Positions 46,335 to 55,600 of a stretch of DNA of 64,000 nucleotides are shown here, piece by piece. Source of the DNA: an uncultured Thiotrichales bacterium (GTDB lineage Bacteria > Pseudomonadota > Gammaproteobacteria > HK1). A program made the position numbers and the translations under genes. Each line of letters starts with the position of its first letter. Positions within the stretch are counted from its first letter, which is position 1. Below the pieces are notes generated by a model. That model was given only the letters and a program-made list of their open reading frames with translations, made no database searches and was not told the DNA's origin. Where the stretch lies: NCBI GenBank assembly GCA_964624765.1, contig CAZUZO010000002.1:15495-79494 (forward strand). The letters run 5' to 3'.

Positions 46335-47582
46335 ATGCTGTTACAGGGGCTTCTCGGATTGATTGTCATCATCGGTACCGCTTGGCTGATGAGCGAGGAT
46401 CGTCGTGCGATACCGTGGAGACCCGTTCTCGGGGGGCTCGTGCTGCAGTTCGCTCTAGCGACGCTGCTCCTTAAAGCGCCGTTATTCTACGCGGTTTTTT
46501 CCCAGCTTCATGACATCCTGTTGTCTTTGATTGAGGCCACTCGTGCCGGAACGAGCTTTGTTTTCGGATTTCTGGGGGGTGGACCGTTCCCTTTCGAGGC
46601 GACCCATCCCAGCGCAAGCTTTGTGCTGGCCTTTCAGGCCTTGCCGCTTATTCTAGTCATGAGCGCGCTTTCGGCATTGCTTTTCTATTGGCGCATATTG
46701 CCGTTGGTCGTCAGGGGGTTTGCATTACTGCTGCAGAAGACCCTTGGTATCAGCGGTGCAACCGGCCTCAGTGCGGCAGCCAATGTGTTGCTCGGTATGG
46801 TGGAAGCTCCGCTGCTAGTGCGTCCTTATCTCGAGCGACTGACGCGCGGGGAGCTATTCATGTTGATGAGCTGCGGTATGGCGACCATCGCTGGCACGGT
46901 CATGGTGCTTTATGCCAGTATCCTGGTGGAGGTCATCCCTGGGGCTATGGGGCACCTGCTCAGCGCATCAGTGATCAGTGCGCCCGGCGCGATCGTTATC
47001 GCTGCGTTGATGGTCCCGCCGGGTACCGAGGATCCGAACGGCAACCCCGTCACCATCGAACTGCCGGCCAGCAGCAGCATGGATGCCATCACGCTTGGCA
47101 CCCTGCAAGGGATCAATCTGGTTCTCAATGTTGCCGCCATGCTGATCGTCTTGATAGCCTTGGTGAGTCTTGCGAATCAATCCTTGGCGTTGCTTCCGCC
47201 CATCGGTGATGCACCGATTACCCTGCAGCGCATTCTAGGTTGGGCGATGGCACCTTTGGCTTGGCTGTTGGGTATTCCATGGCTGGAGGCGGCGACAGCA
47301 GGCTCTCTGATGGGAACCAAGCTGGTCCTCAACGAACTGATCGCCTATATCGAGCTCGCGCAACTCTCGCAGGAAGCACTGAGTGATCGAAGCCGCCTCA
47401 TCATGGTCTATGCGATGTGTGGGTTCGCTAATCTCGGTAGCCTGGGGATTCTTATCGGTGGCCTTGGCTCGATGATTCCAGCTAGGCGAAAGGAGATCGT
47501 GAGTTTAGGCCTAAAGGCTGTCCTCGCAGGGACCCTGGCCACTGGCTTGACAGCGCTGATAGTTGGCCTCTATCACCTTTGA
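46335..47582 (+). CDS. NupC/NupG-family (CNT) nucleoside transporter
   Basis: 415 aa, polytopic. GGAGG precedes the ATG. The N- and C-terminal CNT domain pattern includes SFVFGFLGG and LNELIAYIEL. Confidence 0.85.
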   Translation: MLLQGLLGLIVIIGTAWLMSEDRRAIPWRPVLGGLVLQFALATLLLKAPLFYAVFSQLHDILLSLIEATRAGTSFVFGFLGGGPFPFEATHPSASFVLAFQALPLILVMSALSALLFYWRILPLVVRGFALLLQKTLGISGATGLSAAANVLLGMVEAPLLVRPYLERLTRGELFMLMSCGMATIAGTVMVLYASILVEVIPGAMGHLLSASVISAPGAIVIAALMVPPGTEDPNGNPVTIELPASSSMDAITLGTLQGINLVLNVAAMLIVLIALVSLANQSLALLPPIGDAPITLQRILGWAMAPLAWLLGIPWLEAATAGSLMGTKLVLNELIAYIELAQLSQEALSDRSRLIMVYAMCGFANLGSLGILIGGLGSMIPARRKEIVSLGLKAVLAGTLATGLTALIVGLYHL

Positions 47583-47725
47583 GAAGCTGTTTTAAAAATG
47601 TCACGAGCGCCGCCAGAGCAAGGCGCACGGCAGCGAGAAAGCGGAGTGTACAAAGGAGTACATGAGCATTTCGAGCTGCCGCGCAACGCAGCTCAGGCAA
47701 GCGCAGTCATTTTTAAAACAGCTTC
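47583..47725 (+). mobile_element. type-1 inverted-repeat element, short form (143 bp, perfect 18-bp termini)
   Basis: Begins immediately after the stop codon TGA 47580-47582. TGA is repeated at 47726-47728. Outside the 74-nt length difference it differs from 23952-24168 by only 2 substitutions. Confidence 0.9.
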
Positions 47726-47822
47726 TGAGGGCTCTATCAGGAACGGCTGGACGGAGGTAATGAGGTCGCAAGGCGAAACGGCGTTGATTTGGGCAGGCAT
47801 GTTGACCGAAGATTCGGAGTAA

Positions 47823-48284
47823 ATGGCCACTATGTTGATGCAAGGAGCGCTAAGAGTGCCCCTCTTAGGGATTGGCTGGGGGTTAGTCGTACTCGCCTCT
47901 ATTCTAAGCTGCAGCGGCCTGACGCAGAAAGAGCGTTATGTCAAACTCCAGCGCAGTGTCGAGAGTTATGCGAGTGACATCCGTTGGAACCGCCTTGATG
48001 CGGCACTGAATTACATCGCAAGAAAGGATCCGGGGGCTTCCCCGGTGGACCCGGCGCGTCTTGAAGGATTTCGTATCACGGGGTATGAGCTGGGGGCGGG
48101 TCGGCTGGCGGAGGATAGCAAGGAAGCGTCAGTCGTCGTCACCTTTACTTATTACGATACGGACTCGGGGCGATTGCGGAACCTATCCGACCTCCAACAC
48201 TGGTGGTTCAACGATTCGCTGGGACGTTGGTTCCTGGACGGCGATCTCCCGAATTTTGTTCGAGAGGGGCATGAATCGAACTAG
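47823..48284 (+). CDS. hypothetical lipoprotein
   Basis: Signal peptide with lipobox (LASILSC). No family recognised. Several possible starts lie between 47823 and 47856. Confidence 0.6.
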   Translation: MATMLMQGALRVPLLGIGWGLVVLASILSCSGLTQKERYVKLQRSVESYASDIRWNRLDAALNYIARKDPGASPVDPARLEGFRITGYELGAGRLAEDSKEASVVVTFTYYDTDSGRLRNLSDLQHWWFNDSLGRWFLDGDLPNFVREGHESN

Positions 48285-48372
48285 ATCCCCCGGCCGTCGT
48301 CATTATGAGGAGTCATGATTCGGTTTTCCTCGCCTTCATTCTCGGAGCGGGCGAGGATCGGCCCCTTACATT

Positions 48373-48399
48373 AAGCGCAGTCGTTTTTAGAACAGCTCC
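48373..48399 (+). repeat. type-1 right-end fragment
   Basis: AAGCGCAGTCGTTTTTAGAACAGCTCC followed by TGA. Confidence 0.45.
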
Positions 48400-48489
48400 T
48401 GAGCGCCGCCCGCGCGCTCCGAAAGAGCATCCCTGTCGCCACGATGCCCATGGCTGCTGAGATCATAGCGTTGAGGCCTTTTGGTAAGT

Positions 48490-50076
48490 ATGCAGTCCAA
48501 TTCGATTTCTGATGAACTCGCCCGGCGGCGCACGTTCGCGATCATTTCTCATCCAGACGCTGGCAAAACGACTCTGACGGAGAAGCTGCTCCTGTTAGGC
48601 GGAGCCATTCAGCTTGCTGGTACCGTGAAAGGCCGCAAGGCAGCACGGTATGCCACCTCGGACTGGATGGCCTTGGAGAAGCAGCGGGGCATCTCGGTCA
48701 CCTCTTCGGTGATGCAGTTCGAGTATCAAGGTCGGATCATCAATCTTCTCGACACCCCCGGCCACGAGGATTTTTCTGAAGATACCTATCGGACACTCAC
48801 CGCCGTCGATGGCGCACTCATGGTGATCGATAGCGCGAAAGGGGTTGAGGAAAGAACCATCAAACTCATGGAAGTGTGTCGGCTTCGAACGACGCCGATC
48901 ATGACCTTCGTTAACAAGCTCGATCGGGAGGGTCGCGAACCGATTGAGATCATGGATGAGGTCGAACGAATTCTCGCTATTCATTGTGCCCCGGTGACTT
49001 GGCCGATCGGTCGCGGTACACATTTTCGTGGAGTGTATCATCTGTTAGACGATCGGGTGCGCCTGTTTCTGCCCGAGAAGGGTCAACGTCGCCGTGAGAG
49101 TCGAGTGATTGTTGGGCTGCACAATCGATTGCTCGATGAGGTACTGGGCGATCAGGTAGCCGAAATTCGAGATGAAATTGAGTTGGTTCGAGGGGCTGGG
49201 CGCGCCTTCGATCCCAAGGAATACCTGGCCGGCCTGCAGACGCCTGTTTTCTTCGGCTCTGCCTTAAGTCATTTCGGCGTCCAAGAACTCCTTGAAAGCT
49301 TCGTGAAATACGCGCCGTCCCCCCAGCCGCGAGAAGCGAGAGAGCGTCAGGTACTGGCCAGTGAGGAGAGTTTTACGGGTTTCGTATTTAAGATTCAGGC
49401 CAATATGGATCCGCAGCACCGCGACCGGGTAGCCTTCGTGCGTGTGACGTCCGGCTGCTATCGGCAAGGAATGCGACTGCATCATGTCCGCGTTGGACGG
49501 GATATCCAAGTGGGGGCTGCGCTCACCTTTATGGCGAGTGAGCGGGAACGGGTGGGAGAAGCCTACCCGGGTGATATCATTGGGTTGCACAATCACGGGA
49601 CCATAAAGATCGGGGATACCTTTACCCAGGGCGAACAGCTGAACTTTATCGGTATCCCGAATTTTGCGCCTGAGCTTTTCGTTCGTGTCGTGCTGCGGGA
49701 TCCCCTACGAATGAAGGCGTTGCAAAAGGGCGTGAGTCAGCTCAGTGAGGAGGGAGCGACGCAGGTTTTCCGTCCGCTTATGAGCAATGACATCATTTTG
49801 GGTGCGGTCGGAACGCTGCAGTTTGATGTGGTGGCTTTTCGACTCAAGCACGAATACGGTGTCGAATGCACGTATGCGCCAGTCAATCTCTACTCTGTTC
49901 GCTGGATTGAGGCCAAGGACCTGAAGAAGTTGGAGGATTTTCGTGACCGCAATGCGGCGAGACTGGCCTTGGATGGAGGCGGCAACCTGGCCTACTTAGC
50001 GCCTAATCGGGTTAACCTGGATCTCGCTATTGAGCGCTGGCCCGACATCGCCTTTCTGGCAAGCAGAGAACACTGA
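48490..50076 (+). CDS. prfC: peptide chain release factor 3
   Basis: [39 protein letters not shown] 48490 is preferred over the track TTG 48481. Confidence 0.95.
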   Translation: MQSNSISDELARRRTFAIISHPDAGKTTLTEKLLLLGGAIQLAGTVKGRKAARYATSDWMALEKQRGISVTSSVMQFEYQGRIINLLDTPGHEDFSEDTYRTLTAVDGALMVIDSAKGVEERTIKLMEVCRLRTTPIMTFVNKLDREGREPIEIMDEVERILAIHCAPVTWPIGRGTHFRGVYHLLDDRVRLFLPEKGQRRRESRVIVGLHNRLLDEVLGDQVAEIRDEIELVRGAGRAFDPKEYLAGLQTPVFFGSALSHFGVQELLESFVKYAPSPQPREARERQVLASEESFTGFVFKIQANMDPQHRDRVAFVRVTSGCYRQGMRLHHVRVGRDIQVGAALTFMASERERVGEAYPGDIIGLHNHGTIKIGDTFTQGEQLNFIGIPNFAPELFVRVVLRDPLRMKALQKGVSQLSEEGATQVFRPLMSNDIILGAVGTLQFDVVAFRLKHEYGVECTYAPVNLYSVRWIEAKDLKKLEDFRDRNAARLALDGGGNLAYLAPNRVNLDLAIERWPDIAFLASREH

Positions 50077-50094
50077 GCGGCGCGCAGCCGTCCG

Positions 50095-50850
50095 TGGCGC
50101 ATGAGCTTGTTGTTAGCACTGGCCCTCCTGCACGTCGCTCTTGCGGCCCGGTACATACCTCACCTGCCGCGCATCCACAACCTAGACTTCCAGGCCCCGT
50201 GGCTCCAGCACTTCATAGACCGGGATCCCATACACCGCCGGTGGATTCCAGCGCCACCCCTCGACCCCGCAGGCCAACCGCCGGTCGGCCATTGCACTGC
50301 GATCGTTGGTCATCGTCCCGAACCCCCGCCCCGGATCGTCCGTGACGTGCCGTCCGACCGCTACCCAGTGGCCCGATGCCCCTACATCTTGGCGCGTTTC
50401 GCCTGGGCGAACAGCAGCTTGTCCAAGGGTTGGGCCAGCACCTCCTTGAACAGGAACACCAGCGCGTTCAACGCCAGGTTCTGGGTGCTGGCCCGCGACC
50501 TTGCTCTCCACGGCGAGATGGTCCAAGAACCGCTCGATAGCGGCCGGTGACACGTCCTGCACCTGCTGCTCGTGACAGAACCGCAGAAAGCGCCGGCACC
50601 AGTCCCCATACGAGCGTTCCGTGCGAATCGAGTACTGCCGGGCGCGGAGCGTGCGCACCAGGGTCGCAAGGAGTACATCGGTGTCCGCGGAAGCCGGGAC
50701 CGCGCGGCCCGAGGTCCTGCCGCCTCACCCGCCAACGGAAGGTCCCGGGCAAGCGTCGGATGCTCGGGTGGCCGCCCGCGGCTCCCTTCCTTCCACCAAG
50801 CCCAATCGACCCGCGCGGCTGCCGGCACGTCCGCAAGCTCCTTTTTCATA
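50095..50850 (-). pseudogene. decayed, 3'-truncated tyrosine recombinase (integron-integrase / XerD-like N-terminal half)
   Basis: Two minus-strand frames carry, in order: RARQYSIRTERSYGDWCRRFLRFCHEQQVQDVSPAAIERFLDHLAVE, then (frameshift) ASTQNLALNALVFLFKEVLAQPL..AKRAK, then EVLEPRGLEV*VVDARQVRYVPGRKSDV (compare LRV.D.D....I.VR.GKG.KDR). There is an in-frame stop, and the catalytic C-terminal half is absent. Confidence 0.6.
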
Positions 50851-51056
50851 TCCGATATCTATCTATCTATGTTGGAAGAAGTCGCTTCAGCGGACGGCTA
50901 ACCGCCGCCGCTGAGCTTTGGCGTTATCGCGCCGGGACAAGCTCGGCGTATCTTACGGGGTGAGAGTCCCCGTTGGGAAAGGGTTAGCGGCTCCCCATAT
51001 CGAGTGTTGGACCTGTGGCGGAGCACCCAAGTGGTAAGGAGGACTGCGAGAGGAGC

Positions 51057-51265
51057 GAACAAAACAGGTTAAGCGTACACAGAGAATCCTGTAGCGCGTA
51101 GCGGCGACAAAAGCGTCAACGACTTTGAACAGCGTTAAGCTGGCCCCGAAGGGGCGAGCCCCAGGGATGGGGCGAGTAACCCCCGGAGTGTACAAGGCAG
51201 TACAAGTATGGCGAGCCGCTGCGCAACGCAGCTCAGGCAAGCGCAGTCGTTATTAAAACAGCTTC
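51057..51265 (+). mobile_element. type-1 inverted-repeat element, long form with scrambled left end
   Basis: From GCGGCGACAAAAGCGTCAACGACTTTGAACAGC onward it aligns with the other long copies. The right end is ...GCAAGCGCAGTCGTTATTAAAACAGCTTC followed by TGA. Confidence 0.8.
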
Positions 51266-51345
51266 TGAGTCAAGCCGAAACAGATGTCGTCACAGCGTGC
51301 CTTGCGTCAAAGGGCAGGCTGCAGTCCCATAAGAAAAGCTGAGAA

Positions 51346-51368
51346 GTGCCGAAACGGTGACCATCGTC
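51346..51368 (+). repeat. type-3 motif, solo copy
   Basis: GTGCCGAAACGGTGACCATCGTC. Confidence 0.5.
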
Positions 51369-51391
51369 TATGACTTTTGGGGAGATTTGCC

Positions 51392-52012
51392 GTGTCGAGT
51401 TTCAAACAGAAGGCGCGAATACTCACGAATGGACTCGTGGCAAGTTGTCTATTCGGCGCGACTATGGTGACTGGGGATATGGGCTTCCAAGAGGTTTATG
51501 CTGCGCCACCGCCTTGGGCTCCCGCCCACGGTTATCGACACAAGCACGGTGCTGGGCATCATTACGTTGCACATCCGCAGCCCGTTTACCATCATGCCGA
51601 TGTCGGCATCCCGTATGGCACCTGTCATCGCCATGCGGTGGGGGCTATCCTCGGCGGCGTTGTCGGCGGTGTGGCGGGTGCCCAGGTGGGAAGGGGAGAC
51701 GGCAAGACTGCTGCGACCATTGCGGGAACACTGCTTGGCGTACTGATCGGCAGTCATGTTGGCCGCACCATGGATCAAGCCGATCGCTACTGCACGGCGC
51801 AGGTGCTGGAGCAAGCCGCCGATCGTCAATCCATCGTGTGGCACAATCCAGAAGCGCAGGCGGAGTACCGCGTTACGCCGGTGACAAGCTATACCCAGCA
51901 GGGGCAATACTGTCGGGAGTATCTAACGGAAGCTGAGGTTGGGGGTGTTCCCCAGCAGGTGTATGGGACGGCTTGCCGTAGCCCCGATGGCGCCTGGCAG
52001 ATCGTGAATTAG
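51392..52012 (+). CDS. glycine-zipper surface-antigen-like protein (17-kDa antigen / COG4520-like)
   Basis: GGGGAG lies 7 nt before GTG 51392. Signal peptide, His-rich segment, glycine zipper AVGAILGGVVGGVAGAQVG...IAGTLLGVLIG, and C-terminal YCREY...G.ACR.PDG.W motif. Confidence 0.75.
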   Translation: MSSFKQKARILTNGLVASCLFGATMVTGDMGFQEVYAAPPPWAPAHGYRHKHGAGHHYVAHPQPVYHHADVGIPYGTCHRHAVGAILGGVVGGVAGAQVGRGDGKTAATIAGTLLGVLIGSHVGRTMDQADRYCTAQVLEQAADRQSIVWHNPEAQAEYRVTPVTSYTQQGQYCREYLTEAEVGGVPQQVYGTACRSPDGAWQIVN

Positions 52013-52343
52013 GGCGGCTACTCGACTCACCGCTCGGTGTTGCAGCACGTATCGTGGGCCTGCCGAGACGATGCCCGGGCGCCAACACTCCATAGGAACC
52101 CACCTTAAATCTATCCTACGACACAGTCCTTTGCTTCACCCAAGTCGCTGCAGGAGTTCGCGAGAACTCCCCGGCGGCTTCCCCGGCATACCTCCTTTTG
52201 CACTGCGGAAAGTCAGCAAATTGTGAACACGTTCGGGTCGGGGAGACCTTCGATCTGGCAACCCCTCCTACGCGCGGGGGTGAGGTGACATTTTATGCTT
52301 GATTCCGCGCCGAAGCCGTTCTCCGCGAAGCGGTTCCGTCCAA

Positions 52344-52557
52344 CAAGCTGTTTTAAGAGTGTCGCGAGTACTGGCAGAGCAAGGCGCACGACGGCGACAA
52401 AATCGTCTAGAAGGATATTGAACCGCTGGAAGCTGGCCCCGAATGGGCGAGCTCCAAGGATGGGGCGAGCAACTACCGCAGTGCACAAACGGGTACAGGA
52501 TTATGAGCCGCGGCGCACCGCCGCTCAGGCAAGCGCAGCAATTTTTAAGACAGCTGC
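52344..52557 (+). mobile_element. type-1 inverted-repeat element, long form, most divergent copy (214 bp)
   Basis: CAAGCTGTTTTAAGAGTGTCGCGAGTACTGGCAGAGCAAGGCGCAC...GCAAGCGCAGCAATTTTTAAGACAGCTGC, followed by TAA. Confidence 0.85.
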
Positions 52558-52578
52558 TAAACGATGGCCATGGCCGCC
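52557..52578 (+). repeat. type-3 motif directly abutting the type-1 right end
   Basis: CTAAACGATGGCCATGGCCGCC. Confidence 0.5.
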
Positions 52579-52635
52579 TGCGTTAGTTAGGCCTATTATC
52601 TGCCTCGGAGTGAACCCAAGCCGCTGTTTACCGTC

Positions 52636-55600
52636 TTGAAAATAGGGATCTCTGTAGCGGGAAGCAAAACACTCGGACCCATACCGTCTCATTGGCCTAG
52701 ACTGAGCGAGCCCATGCCAGCTGGACCTCTAGCACAGAGTCGCTTGCAAATCAGCGAATCGGCCTGCCGGTGGACGGTGCGGGCCATGTCTATCCTGCGC
52801 CGGCATCTCGGTGTAAATGTGCGGTTGCACCACCGGGAAGGCCAGCTGGAAACGGGCCAAATCTTCCTTTTCAATCATTTTGCTCGCTTCGAAACGTTCA
52901 TTCCTCAGTACCTGATCTACCAGCAGACCGGTGCCTACTCGCGCTCTATTGCCGCTGCTGAGCTGTTCGCAGCCGATGCCGCGTTCGCCAATTACCTCAT
53001 GAAGGTCGGAGCGGTGCCCAACAACCATCCTCGGTTGTTGCCTTTCTTAGCCGAGGAGATCTTGCGCGGCCGTAAGGTGATCGTGTTTCCGGAAGGTGGA
53101 CTGGTCAAGGATCGCCGGGTATTGGATCGCCGCGGACGCTATAGCATCTACTCCAATTCGGCGGCGAAACGGCGCAAGCATCACGCCGGTGCCGCGGTTC
53201 TGGCCCTGGTGCTGGATGCCTTGAAGAGCGCATTGCAGGCCTTCTACGTCGCCGGTGATACCCGCACGCTGCAGCATTGGATGCAACAGCTCGGGTTCGG
53301 AAGCGTCGAGACCCTGCTGGCAGCCGTGCAGCGCCCCACGCTGATCGTTCCGGCCAATATCACCTTCTATCCACTGCGGGCCGGCGATAATGCCTTGCGC
53401 AGGGGGTTTGAGCTGCTGAAGAAGGGCCTCAGTGAATCCTTCTCGGAAGAGCTACGCATCGAGGGGAACATTCTGCTCGAGCGCACCGACATGGATGTGC
53501 GGATCGGTGATCCGGTCTCACCAAAGGTATTGTGGCATGATTGGGAGCGCAGGCTTGCAGCGCGTGTGGTGCGCCACAGTGATTCCCTGGATGCCCTGTT
53601 TGTCTCGCACACCCAACGGAATCGGTGGGACGATGGCCTATTTGCCCGCCAAGTCCGGCGATACTCGCGTGAGCTGAGGGATCAATGCATGCGCCAGATG
53701 TATACCGGTGTCACCGTGAATTTGAGCCACCTCGCGTCGCGGCTCATTCTCGCTTTGCTTGAGCAAGGCACGACAGAAGTACCCAAGGCTTTGTTTCACA
53801 AGAGCCTTTATCTTGCGATCAAGAACGTCCAGCCGGAGCCCTCGCTCCATCTTCACGATAGTCTTATGCAGGCTGAGACGGCTGGGCAGGTGATGGCCGG
53901 TACCTGCACCGATTGGGTCGAGTTCTTGAGCTGGGCCGTGGCAGCGGAGCTGGTGCAGGTGGATCCCGAGCACTATCGTTTCCTACCCAAGTTAACGCAA
54001 GAGCAGGCATTTCATCGCGTACGGCTGGAAAACCCGATCGCCGTCTACGCCAACGAGTTGGCGCCGGCCTCGGCCGCCGTGAGCGCGGTCGACCGAGCGC
54101 TACGCGCGGCGAGCAAACTGGATGAGCGGTCATTCGCAAAGTTGATGTTCGCAGACGAGTGCGCGACCTACGCCGATGATAAGCAGACTTTTTCCCAGCC
54201 GCACCACCAAGAGATCAACCAACAGCAGACGGCGACAGAATCCGGCGCCCCCTACCTGCTCCTTCCGAAGCGGCGCGGTGTGGTGGGTGTGGTTCTCATC
54301 CACGGCTTGCTGGCTTCCCCGGCGGAGTTACGTGCACTGGCAGAGAAGCTCCATGCGGCGGGTTATCCTATCATGGGGGTGCGCCTCAGGGGACACGGCA
54401 CTTCGCCCTGGGACCTCAACACCCGTCGTTGGCAGGATTGGTTGGATTCGGTGCACCGTGGCTACCAGATCGTTTCCGCTCTGGCAGACAGGGTCTGCCT
54501 GCTTGGGTTTTCGGTCGGCGCCGATCTGGCTCTCCGCTACGCGGCGCAACAACCGCCGAGGCTGGCCGGTGTGGCCGCGGTCTGTCCACCCCTGAAGTTC
54601 CGCAACCGCAACATGATGCTCGTGCCGCTGGTACATGGGGCCAATCAACTGATTCGCTGGAGTTCGGTGGGTGACGGACCGATGCCTTTTAGCGTGAATG
54701 TCTCGGAGCATCCGCACATCAATTATCGCCACATCCCCATTCGCGCGCTGCGCCAAGTGTCGCGCTTGGTGGGCGAGATCAAGCGCCACCTGCCGCAGGT
54801 GCACTGTCCGGTGCTGATTCTGCAGGCGAGTGACGATCCCGTGGTGGAGCCGAGCGGTGCGTTGCTGATCCATGAGCAGCTCGGTTCGTCGCTGAAGATG
54901 CTATACAGCGTGCCTGCAGACCGGCACGGTATTCTCCATGAGGTGACGCAGGGTACTTATGAGCGCCTTCAGGGATTTCTCGATTCGCTCACCAACCCCA
55001 GCATACGGCACAAGATCGGGCGTTCCCCCTGGTGGGGAAGTAAGCATCGGTGGCTTCGCGGTTATCCCCACGGCATCGACTGGGATGCAGCTATTCCTGC
55101 GAAACCGCTGGGTTTGATCTTTGAAGAGGCGGTTGCGCGGTTCGCCTCCCGTCCCTGCATCGATTTCCTCGGGAAGCGCTTTACCTACGCGCAGATCCAA
55201 ACCCTCGTCGACCGGGCGGCTAACGGTTTGCTGGCGTTGGGGGTTTGCCGCGGCACCAAAGTCGGGCTCTGTCTCCCCAACACCCCTTATTTCGTCATCT
55301 GCTATTACGCCGTGCTCAAGGTTGGCGGCACCGTGGTTAACTATGACCCCTTGTCTGTGGCGCGTGAACTGGCGTATCAGGTAGAGGATTCTCACACCGA
55401 CATCATCGTGACGGTCGATCTGCGCCAGGTGTATCCTAAGATCGCCGCGCTCATTGGCCGCACCCGGCTTCGGGCTGTGATCGTCTGTCGAGTCGGTGAT
55501 GTCTTGCCAGCGGTGCAGGGGGTACTGTTCGCTGCGCTTAAGCGCAGCGAACTGGCCTCGATTCCCACCGATCCGGAGCACATCCCCTTTTCCGACCTGG

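Noticed and set aside
50941-51056. A structured-looking segment (GGGGTGAGAGTCCCC hairpin, GGGAAAGGG, GGTAAGGAGGAC) upstream of the type-1 copy, considered as a riboswitch or group II intron 5' end.
   Set aside because: It matches none of the riboswitch cores I can recall (TPP, B12, glycine, ZTP, c-di-GMP, fluoride), nor the GUGYG intron start or domain V. It lies in the degraded recombinase-proximal region. This is left as unexplained, not called.
50851-52557. An integron interpretation: an intI-like gene with a divergent array in which the type-1 repeats act as attC sites and the surface-antigen gene is a cassette.
   Set aside because: The repeats lack recognisable RYYYAAC / GTTRRRY core sites at their ends, and at 143-217 bp are longer than typical attC sites. 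The same repeats are spread over more than 40 kb between housekeeping operons (prk, cobST, nupC-type, M16 peptidases, ftsX junction), not in a cassette array. The recombinase is a truncated pseudogene.
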